In this document: piece by piece, positions 12,773 through 25,756 of the stretch
Position numbering within the stretch: position 1 is the first letter of the stretch
Layout of the letters: each line of letters begins with the position of its first letter
Assembly: GCF_964204645.1 (NCBI RefSeq)
Contig: NC_134028.1
Span: 14,949,653 to 15,013,652 of the forward strand
Reading direction: 5' to 3'
From: Tubulanus polymorphus
Lineage: Eukaryota > Animalia > Nemertea
DNA: 64,000 bases
Notes under the pieces: model-generated
Told to the model about the DNA's origin: nothing
Databases searched by the model: none
Seen by the model: only the letters and a program-made list of their open reading frames with translations
Program-made: the position numbers and the translations under genes

Positions 12773-14214
12773 TTTTTATTAGCCCACTTGGGACTTAAGT
12801 CCCAGCGGGCTATTGCGTTCACTTTTCGTCCGTCGTCCCTCCGTTACAGCCTCCGTCCATAGACGGAATCCAGTTATTTTTGGAAGTTTTGAAGACGCTT
12901 CAAAGTAATGTCTTGATATTTGGTTTATACATGTATCTACCCTAGACACATCTTCAGGCCAAAAACTGGCCCTGTCAGATTCAAGATGGCTGACTGGCAG
13001 CCATTATTGTTCACCAAAATCAGAACTTTTTACACATTTTCGAAGTTTTCGAGGGAAATTTTGAAGACGCTTTTATCAATTACATTGATTGTTTGTATAT
13101 ATTTGAATCCCCCAAGGATTCATCAACATAAGAAAAATTGGGTCGATCGGACTCAAGATGGCCGTCCTATGACCTTTTTAGTGGCCAAAAATGTCAATTT
13201 TGGCCCAAATTCTGAGTCCTGTAGCTTCCTACAGGTTTGCCATTTCTCATTGCAATTTGTGATGGGTATTCTTTCAAAAGGGATGTTTTATACCTGAGAC
13301 ATGTATTTTTGATCAGCCAATTATGGAGCAATTGGCAGCCATCTTGGCGTCATCAGAGCTCATTCGTAGGTGGTAAAAAGTTTTTCCACATTATATTGAT
13401 ACCTAAGCATATTGTTACCACAATGTATTGGAAAGTTGTAGCTCATAACGTTTTCTATTATATAACGTTTTCTATTTGGTGAGTTTCAAGGTCATTGCTT
13501 TTTGTATATGGCCACCAGGGGGCATTGAATAATACAATAACTTAGTATTTCTATATTATATTTGTACCTATGCATATTTTGTTACCACAATCAATTGCAA
13601 AGTTGTAGCTCATGACATCGTCTATGATTGTGGTGAGTTTCAAGGGCATAAGTTATTCTATATGGTCACCAGGGGGCGTTGAATAGTAGAACTTGGTATT
13701 TCCTTATTAGATTGGTACCTAGGGATATTTTGTTACCATGATCTATTGCAAAGTTGTAGTTCATGACATGTTCTATGGTTGTGGTGAGTTTCAAGGTCAT
13801 TGGGTTTTGCATATGGTCACCAGGGGGCGTTGAATAGTAGAATAACTTAGTATTTCCTTATTAGATTGGTACGTAGGGCTATTTTGTTACCATGATCCAT
13901 TGCAAAGTTGTAATTCATGACATGTTCTATGATTGTGGTGAGTTTCAAGGTCATTGGGTTTTCATATGGTCACCAGGGGGCGTTGAATAATACAATAACT
14001 TAGTAATTTTATATTATATTTGTACCTACGCATATTTTGTTATCACAATCATTTGGAAAGTTGTAGTTCATGACATGTTCTATGATTGCGGTGAGTTTCA
14101 AGGTCATTGGGTTTCGCATATGGTCACCAGGGGGCATTGAATATTGAAATCGTTAGGTTGTTGAGCATTTGAAACCACTTCCCAAGTGGGCATGGTGTCC
14201 CTGGACCCCTAGTT
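12773..14214 (+). mobile_element. Helentron-associated interspersed element (HINE/DINE-1-like), copy 1, about five 153-bp internal repeats
   Basis: T-rich 5' end, subTIR CCCACTTGGGA / TCCCAAGTGGG, (GTCC)n tract, tandem units containing CCAGGGGGCGTTGAAT, 3' end ...GTCCCTGGACCCCTAGTT. Confidence 0.8.
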
Positions 14215-14576
14215 CTAAAACCTATACATTCTTAAATTTGATATGTTTTCTAAAATTTTAAATCTGCAATTTTGTGAATATCTATCGATCCGAAAGAATT
14301 TAATTTGGATCCTAAACATCGGTACCTCACATCGGCAAACCCGGAAGTGAAATTTATTTGCAATTAGAGTATGCTGACTTGGTGGTCACGTGACAACAAC
14401 TCAGCTTGTGATTGGACATAGCATTTGTTTACTATCATAAGTAGCCATGTGCTTCTGTTTTACTAGCCATGTGCTTCTATTTTGCTATATAATACAATGA
14501 AAACAACATATTTTCAGAATGAAAATGACACATTTTCATGTTATAATTCGGTTTTATTCTTATTTTACAGCGCAAA

Positions 14577-15633
14577 ATGCCTCCTAGGAAAAAAAGATAA
14601 TCTGTTACACCAATAAAACCAGGAAAAGTTCACTCACTGATAGTTGAAAACTTTGTCTTTAATACAGAGAGTAGTGGAAGTAGAAGTACCTGTTAAATGG
14701 AAATGTTTTGTTCCTTTACATAGAGAATGATAAGGATATAATGAAGACAAAGAAATCCGTGGAAAATATTTTAGGCATCACCAGTTGTCAATATAGATAC
14801 GTTAAATCAGTTATTGACAGAACATTGTTAAGCACAAAATTAAAAAATCTTGCAGATAAATCTTCTCAGATCCCCAGCCATCAACTTCATTATGCACACC
14901 TTCATCTGATCTGCAGTACAAAACAACACCATTACTTAAGCTGCCAAAGGTGAGGACTCCAATCAAATTGTGGGGTGACTGTTCAAACTGTAAAATTTTG
15001 AGAATGCGAATAAGATCATTAGAATCTGGAAGGAAACAGTTAGTACAGACAATTAGAAAACTGCGCAAAATGCCACCTTGTCGTACATATCCCCGCAACT
15101 GAGGGCCCGCAAAAAATAAAGTGATGGATTTTGTAGACTCATTATCAGTTAATGAGCAGCAGCGAGCAATTAAGTTTGCAATCCGAAATGGTTATAAAAA
15201 GAGAAAAGTTGATCGAAGGGAGGCTGTAGACCTTCAAATAGAAGTGATTCGCCGTCTGAACCTGAAAAAAGAAAAGAAAACAACGTCTGAAAGGAAAAAA
15301 ATTAAGAAAAAGTTAAAAGAACTCGAGCCATGTGAATGTGCAATCAGGCAAGATTTTCCTGGTATGCCTGACTCTCAAGTCGCTGTTTTGTTAGATATCT
15401 TGAAGGAGAGGGTTAATGGTCGGCAGATATGCCATGTATGGTATGACCGAGATAACAACTCGCAAAGTGTGTGGTATGGTAAAATCGAAAAAATTAGGAA
15501 AAGGAAAACTGGGAATTTATACTCGATTGGTTATTGGGGAAAGGATGAAACATATGATGATGCCACAGATTATGATATCAAAGTCGTCGAATTAGCAGCA
15601 GATTTTGTGTGTGATGATGTTGTACTTTGTTAA
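14577..15633 (+). pseudogene. Degraded transposon-type ORF (family unresolved); intact C-terminal piece 15121-15633
   Basis: Splice-acceptor-like TTTTACAG before ATG-CCT-CCT-AGG-AAA (MPPRKK), broken frames, then a 170-aa basic ORF; lies between inverted CACTATGTGGGAATATT-like ends. Confidence 0.4.
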
Positions 15634-15930
15634 TTTGTGTATGTTTAAAAGGAAATAAGAACCAACCTAGTGAATGTTGTTGAATGGACAAAAATGCTGT
15701 TTGTCGATGGTTGGTCATCGAATTTCTTTTTTTCTACTAATGAGGATTTAAGTCGCTAAATGTTTAATGTATGAGAAAAACATTTATTTATGCTCTTCAG
15801 CATAGTGAGACCTACAAGCCCTGAAAATTTCATGTAGATATCTCGAAAAATAAAAAAGTTATGGTAGTTTTTGTTCAAAACTGACGCGGAATTGGTCACA
15901 GGCTGTCTTCTGTTTTTCTTATAAACAAAC

Positions 15931-16533
15931 CAGAGTTGCCACTTCTCCGGATTTCTCCGGAATTCCGGATTTAAAAAAAATCCAATTTCATTTCCGGATT
16001 TTCGGGAGAAGTCAAATAACCAAAAAAGAAAACATCGCGAAAAAAATAAAATCAATTCAGGATTCGACCCTAAACATCAAAACGTAACGGCTCCGTAGAG
16101 GGTTCGAAACAGCCGTATTGTGCTGCCACATAGTGGCAACAACCCCGCAGTACACGATTAAACCAAGATGACGTGACGATCGAAATCGACTGACGCTTCG
16201 TTTGTTTTTGGCTCTGGTTTATATATGAGGTGTATTTGAAGGAACCAATCGCTATTTGAAAAAATGATCTATACACATTGTTGTTATTGACATATCTTGG
16301 AGTGAGTGAGTGTGTAACCTTTAAGAAAATGCTTACTGAAAGTTTGAAGCGACAGATTTTCATTGGATTGTAATTGACAGACGTGAAAATTGATACACAA
16401 AGTGAGGCATATAACGCGTATTGCGCCAGAAAGCATCTCCTAGCGTTCTAATTTCAAAAATTTTTCTTGGGGAGGGCCCCCAGACCCCCGACTTATTTTC
16501 CGGATTTTTAGCTTCACATAAGTGGCAACTCTG
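15931..16533. mobile_element. hAT-type MITE with 6-bp TSD (hAT6-like)
   Basis: TIR CAGAGTTGCCACTT / AAGTGGCAACTCTG; ACAAAC at 15925-15930 and 16534-16539. Confidence 0.85.
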
Positions 16534-17265
16534 ACAAACGCCCCAAAATTAGGCCTGATTAATGATATTCAATTTGCCGTAACTTTATTTTTCAAGCTAC
16601 ATTTATGTTTTATACATCCCTGAAAAGCTCTCTTTTGGCTCTTTCCAATGATGTATTTCAATATGTAATCTGATAACATCCAAAAATATTCCCACATAGT
16701 GTCAAATCAAACCTTTGTACTAAAATAAATAAATTAGTTACCTTGTTGTCTTTGAAAACGTGTTTTATAATGAACATTCGATGATTTAAATCGCGAAGCG
16801 GAAAATTTATTGATTTGATTTGGATTGAATTGATTGCCATTATCGGGATTTCCAATAGGCCTACGGACTAAATTAATAAAATGTGAAAATTCAATATGTC
16901 TCTCTAAAATTACTCTAATTGTTATTTTTTGTTGATAAAACGCATAAATTTTGGTCAATTTTAACCTTTAGAATTTGAAACAAGAATAATATCTGCATTG
17001 GCATCAATATCAGTCCAAGTTTAAGTTCGAATCCGTAATTTACACTCCCATCAGGCACCACGAAAAGCCGCCATATTACGTCAAATTACGTCATCTCGGT
17101 AATGAGGAGGACCCGTTCTACAAGCAACATCTAGGGCAAAGTGTTCATATAAGGAGGTTTTGAGCATCTATTTCACCCCTTAAAACACCATCAACTTACC
17201 TCAAACTGACTGTTCTGTAATCAGATGGAAGTTAACTATTGTTTTTGCATGAATGTGTAATCTTA

Positions 17266-19446
17266 CTGTCTGTCACACCTGCTCTTCGTGCAACGTTTTG
17301 GTCCGTTATTTCGTTAATAATCCGTTTATCTACTTTTATTACGCATCAGTTTGTTCAGTGAGGAATTTGCATTCAGAAATAAACAACAATTTTCATGGGC
17401 TTGCATGCTTGCAACCCCATATTGCTATCACACGGATTGATAACTTGCTTGGGGAGTCGATAACTTTCGTTAGAAACTTTCTTGGGCTCTGATATTTACA
17501 TACAATTAATGCAGTAATAAAATCTAGGTTCCTTTCATATATTGGCTATATCGGTTGTCGTTTTCATTGTTTTATGATTTTGTTTAATCGTTTTTAGCCC
17601 ACTTGGGACTTTGGGACTATGACCTTTTTAGTGCCCAAAAATGTCAATTTTGGCCCAAATTCTGAGTCCAGTAGTTTCCTACTGGTTTGCCATTTCTCAT
17701 TGCAATTTGTGATGGGTATTCTTTGGAAAGGGATGTTTTATACCTGAGACATGTATTTTTGATCAGCCAATTATGGCGCAATTGGCAGCCATCTTGGCGT
17801 CATCAGTACTCATTTGTAGGTGGGAAAAAGTTTTTCCACATTATATTGATACCTAAGCATATTGTGTTACCACAAAGTATTGGAAAGTTGTAGCTCATAA
17901 CGTTTTCTATGATTTTGGTGAGTTTCAAGGTCATTGGTTTTTGTATATGGCCACCAGGGGGCATTGAATAATTCAAAAACTTAGTATTTCTATATTATAT
18001 TTGTACCTATGCATATTTTGTTACCACAATCAATTACAAAGTTGTAGCTCATGACATCGTCTATGATTGTGGTGAGTTTCGAGGACATAAGTTATTCTAT
18101 ATGGTCACTGGGGGGCGTTGAATAGTAGAAGAACTTGGTATTTCATTATTAGATTGGTACCTAGGGATATTTTGTTACCATGATCGATTGCAAAGTTGTA
18201 GTTCATGACATGTTCTATGATTGTGGTGAGTTTCAAGGTCATTGGGTTCTGCATTTGGTCACCTGGGGGCGTTGAATAGTAGAATAACTTAGTATTTCCT
18301 TATTAGATTGGTATGTAGGGATATTTTGTTACCATGATCAATTGCAAAGTTGTAGTTCATGACATGTTCTATGAATATGGTGAGTTTCAAGGACATAAGT
18401 TATTGTATATGGTCACCAGGGGGCGTTGAATAGTAGAAGAACTTGGTATTTCCTTATTAGATTGGTACCTAGAGATATTTGGTTACCATGATCAATTGCA
18501 AAGTTGTAGATCATGACATGTTCTATGATTGTGGTGAGTTTCAAGGTCATTGGGTTTTGCATATGGTCACCAGGGGGCGTTGAATAGAAGAATAACTTAG
18601 TATTTCCTCATTAATTTGGTAACGAAGCATATTTTGTTATCACAATCAATTACAAAATCATAGCTGCTGACATATTCTATGATTGTGGGGAGTTTCAAGG
18701 TCATTGGTTTTTGTATATGGTCACCAGGGGGCATTGAATATTGAAATTGTTAGATTGTTGAGCATTTGAAAGCACTTCCCAAGTGGGCATGGTGTCCCTG
18801 GACACCTAGTTGTTATTTCAGCAGCGTATACCAACCTTGGTTGAGCGTACGTGATCAGTCTTGAAAAAGGTATTCATGCGCGGCATAGTGCTGCCGACAA
18901 ATCAATTCATTCTTTTTTGACACAATTAAAATTTCACAATGAAACATTTACTTTCACGTTTTTAAAGAATTGTTTTAATTTTCTTTTACTTTCATTGGGT
19001 GCTTGCGTTATCGGCTATTTGAAAAATCTCTGTATGAACATTTATATTTTCAGTTTAAATATCTAAAACTTAAAAACCACTTTTCTGTACGGACCAAAAC
19101 GTCGCACGAAGAGCTTAAAATGGCTTTTATGGCCCATCATGTGGCGCCACTCACTGTATTTTGATATGCTAATGAGCAAGTGATGACGTCACTGTAACAT
19201 TTCCAAGCGTCTGCGGAGCCGGTTTTTCAGCATTACACAAGTGTCATGCTAAGTAAACTATCGCTCATAAATGAAAACAATGACAACTTGAGTAAAAATT
19301 GTTGTTTATTTCTCAATGCAAATTCCTCACTGAGCAAATTGATGGGTAATAAAGGTACATAAACTTTTTATTAACGAAATTACAGACCAAAACGTCGCAC
19401 GGAGAGCAGGTGTAAACGTCGCTCGGAGAGCAGGTGTGACAGACAG
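17266..19446. mobile_element. TA-flanked TIR element (about 130-bp imperfect TIRs) hosting HINE copy 2
   Basis: TA-CTGTCTGTCACACCTGCTC... mirrored by ...GAGCAGGTGTGACAGACAG-TA. Confidence 0.65.
17591..18811 (+). mobile_element. HINE copy 2 (internal deletion, about six 154-bp repeats)
   Basis: Same termini and repeat unit as 12773-14214. Confidence 0.8.
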
Positions 19447-19957
19447 TAGTCGCCTCCAAAAATAGTTTGGCAAGTGAAGCAACATAACAAATTCGCCAAA
19501 ATTAATGCGATTTATCAACAAAAAATAGCCTAACATTAAGAGTAATTTTAAAGAGACATAGGTCTATTGAATTTTCACAGTTTATCAATTTAGTCTGTAT
19601 TGGAAGTCCCGATTGTGGCAATCGATTCAATTCAAACCAAATCAATGAATTCTCCGGTTCCCGATATAAATCATCAAAAATATTATTATGAAACACGTTT
19701 TTGAAGTCAGCAAGGTAACTAATTAATTTATTTAAGTTTGCCTACAAAGGTTTGACTTGACACTAAAATCAGTTGTTGCATTGCAATTAACAGGAGTTAA
19801 CCTCTATATGTCAGACATTGTAGACGTCTATGGCGTCAGACGTTGCAGGGAACAGTAACATCAACTGGTATTCAGACTAGAAGAAGGGTAGTTACTATCA
19901 AGTATCTAATGTTCATTTCAACTTGAACTTAAAGGTTAAGTGCCCTCTAATTCCTAC

Positions 19958-21080
19958 TTTTTAGCCCACTTGGGACTTTAGTCCCAGCAGGCTATTGCAT
20001 TAACTTTTCGTCCGTCGTCCGTCCGTCCATAGACGGAATCCAGTTATTTTGGGAAGTTTTGAAGGTGCTTCAATGTAAGGTCTTGATATTTTGGTTACAC
20101 ATGTATCTACCCTAGATTCATCTTCAGCCTAAAAACTGGCCCTGTCAGAATCTCGCTGATGGCTGACTGGCAGCCATTGTTGTTTGCCAAAATCAGCACT
20201 TTTTACACATTTTTGAAGTTTTTGAGGGAAATTTTGAAGACACTGATTAATTACCTTGATCTTTTGTATATATTTGAATCCCCCAAGGGCCCATGGGCAT
20301 ACGAAAAATTGGGTTGATCGGACTCATAATGGCCGTCCTATGACCTTTTTAGTGCCCAAAATGTCCATTTTGGCCGGAATTCTGCGTCCTGTAGCTTCCT
20401 ACTGATTTGCCATTTCTCATTGTAATTTGTGATGGGTATTCTTTGGAAAGGGATGTTTCATATTTGAGAGAGGTATTTTTGATCAGCCTATTATGATGCA
20501 ATTGGCGTTCGTCTTGGTGTCATCAGTACTCATTCGTAGGTGGGAATAAGTTTTTCCACATTATATTGATACCTCAGCATATTGTGTTACTACAATCAAT
20601 GGGAAAGTTGTAGCCCATAACATGATCTATGATTTTGGTGAGTTTCAAGGTCATTGGTTTTTGTATATGGCCACCAGGGGGCGTTGAATAATACAATAAC
20701 TTAGTATTTCTATAGGGCCAATTATATATGTACCTATGCATATTTTGTTACCACAATCAATTGTAAAGTTGTAGCTCATGACATCGTCTATGATTGTGGT
20801 GAGTTTCGAGGACATTAATTATTCTATATGGTCACTACGGGGCGTTTAATAGTAGAATAACTTAGTGTTTCCATATCATAGGCCTATTGGTACCTTGGCA
20901 TATTTTGTTACCACAATCAATTACAAAATTGTAGCTGCTGACATATGCTATTATTGTGGTGAGTTTCCAGGTCATTGGATTTTTTCAAGGCCATTGGATT
21001 GGGCATTGAATATTGAAATTGTTAGATTGTTGAGCATCTGAAACCACTTCCCAAGTGGGCATGGTGTCCCTGGACCCCTT
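19958..21080 (+). mobile_element. HINE copy 3
   Basis: Same termini, (GTCC)n tract and about three repeat units. Confidence 0.8.
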
Positions 21081-21517
21081 TTTTTAATTCTGGCGTTCGT
21101 TCCATGATATCACAACCGCTACCATACAGTGCTGCCATCCCTCCATAATCATTTTACTGGTTTTAATTTTTCGATTTTTAGTGATTTTTTCGGAAAATGG
21201 TGGTTTTTAGTATGGGCAGCCATATGTATCAAATTGGCCGCTATGGTATGCCAAATGTCTAAATTATGATAAGAAATATTCACAATAAGTTTGTGTTCCT
21301 TATGTGAAAAATAGATCAATTGCAGTTATTTAAAAAAAAAGACAAATTTGACAAAAAGGCTCAGCACAGGGCAAAATAGGCCTTAGCAGCGAAAGGGTTA
21401 TTTAATGCTTAACCTCCAGAGTATAATAACTGACGTTTAATTTTGATACTGGATCAAACATACACCATCATGCCAATTAAGGAAATTCTATATTAAGAAT
21501 TTCGTTTCTTGTTTTAG

Positions 21518-21655
21518 GTTGCTGCTGCCTTGAAAAAAGAACCATCAGAAAGAACTGTAGCTGAGAATGAATTATTGTCATACTCAGATGATGTAATTAA
21601 AGAAATTCAGAAACGTGCTCAGAACAGAGAAAAATTGAAAACTCGTCAGTTAGAG
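21518..21655 (+). CDS. SIRT7: Sirtuin-7, first detected coding exon (138 nt)
   Basis: AG/GT bounded; VAAALKKEPSERTVAENELLSYSDDVIKEIQKRAQNREKLKTRQLE resembles the SIRT7 N-terminal helix; phase 0 fits the next exon. Confidence 0.85.
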
Positions 21656-22919
21656 GTGAATACAGGGCTTGAATTTGGGCAAATGTGACCTACAGCAATA
21701 CTATCATAGAATGCTGTGGGCTGGTCACAGCAACCCACAGTAATTGTTTCAAAACCTAAAACAGCATTTTTGATTTCAAATTTGCCATAGAAAATTATAA
21801 ATTCATTGGACAAATATTTTTTGCTACACTATTGAGACAATGAGTGCTCTATAATTTAAAAGGCAAAAGAAATTTCAAAATTCCTGAAAATGACCCAGCG
21901 GGCAGGTGTTTATTTTTATTTAAAACACAAATCTTTCGAAATACTGACCAGGAATGCAACATTTTAATATTTAATTGAAATTTTTCAACCCTGTTTTTAT
22001 CTCGATGTTGTAATGGGTCCAAAATTCGAATTTTTGCTAACAAATGAGGTTATAACTTTGACACGAAGTCATGCAATCTACTATGTTTATGTGCAACATG
22101 TACCTTGATCATGCGGCTAAAATCTGTTGGAAATGGAATTTTGAATTTCGCGTTCATTTTAGAGAAATCGACGAATTTGTTGCGATTTTTAAAAAAAATT
22201 CGAAGGAGCATTTTGTTTCATAAAACATCTAGAAGGCCGTTGTACATCGTTAAATTGATGTAAAATAAATGCACCCTGCAGTTAGCTGATCTCCCGCAGT
22301 CAATCAACGTAAGGCCATATTCGATAATACGACGCAGACGAACCAGTCTATTAATCTGCTCGAATATTGGTGTGCCATTTCATAGGATTTACTTTCTCAT
22401 TTCCCAGTCATTGGACAGTCTTATTACATGTTCATTTTAAATTTCATAGTCATCGTATTGTTTCCGTCTCCCTATTGTATTATGATAAAAACGGAGATTT
22501 AATCGATCCGCTACATCGACGTGGCGCGCACAATCTAATTGGCCCAGATCGGTGCCACGCTGATTGACATTAGACTGTTAGATTTTCTTTCGATTTAGTA
22601 TTTATTTTACGCAGTAAGTAATTATTTATATCGTAGAGTGCTGATGATATAGTTTACAGGATGAAGAAGTAAAGGTACACTGTCATATAGACCGTAAAAC
22701 TATCATAAATTGTGCGTTTACTCGCGCGATGTGTTTCAATTCAATTTATCCAATCAATCGCCGTGTGTACTGTTAATTTACAGGGCTTTCAAAATACTCG
22801 TTCAAAATAAGCCGTCGGTCATCGCATCCGACTGTAAGAATCCTGCGATGGCTATGAAATATCTCGTCTGATATCAATGATAGTATGAAAGCTGTGATCA
22901 GTGGCTATATTTAAATGTA

Positions 22920-23305
22920 GGCCTGTAACCGGCTGGTTGTTGTATCGGCAGGCTGGCTGGGGAACTAGCATTTACACCAGCGGTACAGGATTCCATCCAT
23001 CAGGAACAACAAGGCAGTTAAACCTTATATGTACAATCTTTATTGCATCCCGGAATGAGAATGATTATCATAGCTTTACATAGTCTTTATATACAGAATC
23101 ATGAGTATAATGTGAGAACTAGGTGTCAGAAAAGTTGTAGACATCAGGACTCACAAACAAACACCTAGTGACATGTTTGAGAGACATTGATTAATTATCG
23201 ATGAGCACTGGCTATAGCTAATTATCGTGAAAACATGTTGAGTAATGTCACATGTTGATTACGACCTTAAAGCACATATTGACACTATAGTCATAAGTTA
23301 TATTA

Positions 23306-23350
<45 letters not shown>

Positions 23351-23452
23351 CATTAATATGTAGTAGAGCTATGAAATATTATGAACTGTTCGATATGACA
23401 TTTTAGATCTATATGATTATGAAATATGCAAATTATATCAGGGTGACAGGCC
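22920..23452. mobile_element. TA-flanked MITE inserted in a CAGGGCTTTCAAAAT-type element; contains (TTA)n at about 23307-23350
   Basis: TA-GGCCTGTAACC...GGTGACAGGCC-TA; the related host copy near 26990-27010 lacks the insert. Confidence 0.65.
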
Positions 23453-25192
23453 TACTGCAGTCAGTGTGCATCGCTATAAAATTTGCCTCAGATGCGTGGC
23501 TAGTTTTAAGTTTCCAGGAAATTGGCTCCCTTCATAACAACTACCAATCATACTAGCGACTGCGTGTGTTTAAGGAGTAGTGTCTATTCGATGAATTGTC
23601 TCATTTTGAGCACAGATGCACAAGGTGAAACTTTTGTTCGGTGAAGTCACAGAGACAATTAGTTTGGGTAACCTAATAGCATCAATGTGCTCTTAAGCTG
23701 GCTGCTTAACCAATCAACAGTTACTAATCGCCATCACTGCAGTCAATTACAGTAGCAAATCAATTAATTTGATATTTTTAAAAATCAGAATATGCAATTT
23801 CATGTAACCTCAACATAACTAATTATGAGATAGCTAAATATTGCCGTGAAAAAAGCACTGTGTCAGTGGTCGGGGAAAAGATTTTGCAACTGCTATTTCT
23901 TTGTCTGCAACTGGTATCTTTAAATCAAACTGGTGTGGTGGGTTTATAAAAATATCAAACGAAATTTACCAACCAAATAAATAATGGCCAATCCCTATTT
24001 TAATATCAAAAGAACGGAAAACAGTGATAGGGTTTTGGGTTGACAATTGTTTTGTTATCCGATTTGTACCAGTGCACAATAAAATCTTTTATAGGTTGCG
24101 TAATCGGCATTCACTATAGGTTTCACTTGTCTTTGTATTTTTTCAATTGTGACCAGGTTAAGCGTCCCTTGCCTGTTTTATGCGTCGACGATTCTTACTG
24201 CTTTCCATTTCCAATTTACTGTGGACCTCTTTCCACATGGCCGACTTATGACTTACTTTTGACACAGGAACTCTCCATGTACACGAAAAATAAAAAAACG
24301 TTTGACATGATTTCATGAAATTGTAATGGTATGTGCATGTATGGTAGTCTGGTGGGGAACTCTTTTGGGGAATCTATGATTCAAGATGGCCGAATTATGA
24401 CCTACTTTTGACACGTGTACGTGATAACTAAAAAATCGTTTGAGAAAATTTCATGAAATTTATATTAGATGTGTATGATAGTATGATGTAAGACCTTATT
24501 GTTTTGGGGACTTCTCCGATTCAAGATGGCCGACACCATCTACTTTTGAGACAGGAACTTTCCGTATACACAATAACTCGAAAACCGTTTGGGATAGATT
24601 AATGACATTTTTATGGTATGTGTATGATAATATGAAAAGGAACTGTCTTGTTTGTGTCTCGGAACTTCTCCAATTCAAGATGGCGACTTATGACCTACTT
24701 TCTGTTCAAAATGGCATGTTTTGAACTTATTGTTGTTACACTGTCTTCTGTACTTATTGTAGATGCTTCATCTGTTTCTTCACTACCATGGGATTTTGTG
24801 ATTAAAGCTGCGTGTATGAGCGTGCATTTTGACACAACTATGTTTATTTTCTACTTGGGTCAATAGCACAGAAATCAGGAAGTTGTGTGCGTGAACCGAG
24901 CATAGCAAACTTTGGTGCGTGGCGAATGACTTTTACTGCCATATTGTAAACAGTGATGTGTACGCAACTACGTATTTACACTGTTCCTATATCATCTGTT
25001 CATTAGCCCCACAATTCATTCCACATCCCAATGGTCCCACATCTGATTAGTTCAACGTCTAAATGGTCCCTCAATTATTTCTTTGACTTATTGCGCCCGA
25101 GATATAAAGATCCGTGGATCTCTTCTTTTGGTTTTCCTTTGTCGGCGATATGATGTTGGCATTGAGCCAATTCATGTAAAATCGCGGTACAC

Positions 25193-25541
25193 TTTTTAGC
25201 CTACTTGGGACCTTAGTCCCAGCGGGCTATTGCATTCACTTTTCGTCCGTCCTCCGTCCGTAGACGGAATCCAGATATTTTGGGAAGTTTTGAAGACGCT
25301 TCAAGGTAATGTCTTGATATTTGGGTTAAACATGTATCTACCCTTGACACATCTTCAGCCCAAAAACTGGTCCCGCCAGAATCAAGATGGCCGACTGGCA
25401 GCCATTGTATTGGCCGTCCTATGACCTTTTTAGTGCCCAAAAATGTTGATTTTGGCCCGAATTCTGAGTCCTGTAGCTTCCTACTGGTTTGCCATTTCTC
25501 ATTGCAATTTGTGATGGGTATTCTTTGGAAAGGGATGTTTT
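25193..25541 (+). mobile_element. HINE 5' fragment
   Basis: tttttagcctacttgggaccttagtcccagcgggctattgc start and body match the other copies; no 3' end. Confidence 0.75.
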
Positions 25542-25756
25542 AAATTTAAAATTTCATTTAAAATCTCCGCCATTTTGGATTCAGTCTTAAGTCCTTAAAA
25601 GGGGCTTAAGACCGTCTTAACTAAGACCAACACTAAGACCACTCTTTGGAACGCAAAATTAAGACCAACTTAGTTAAGTCAATCTTAGAGCATTTAAGAC
25701 AAAATAAGTCTAGTCTTAAGTCATTTTTTAAGTCTCGACTATGGAACCGGCCCCTG

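Noticed and set aside
13400-14150. Regular repeats as a CRISPR array
   Set aside because: Whole 153-bp units repeat with no unique spacers, there are no cas genes, and the context is eukaryotic; these are HINE internal repeats.
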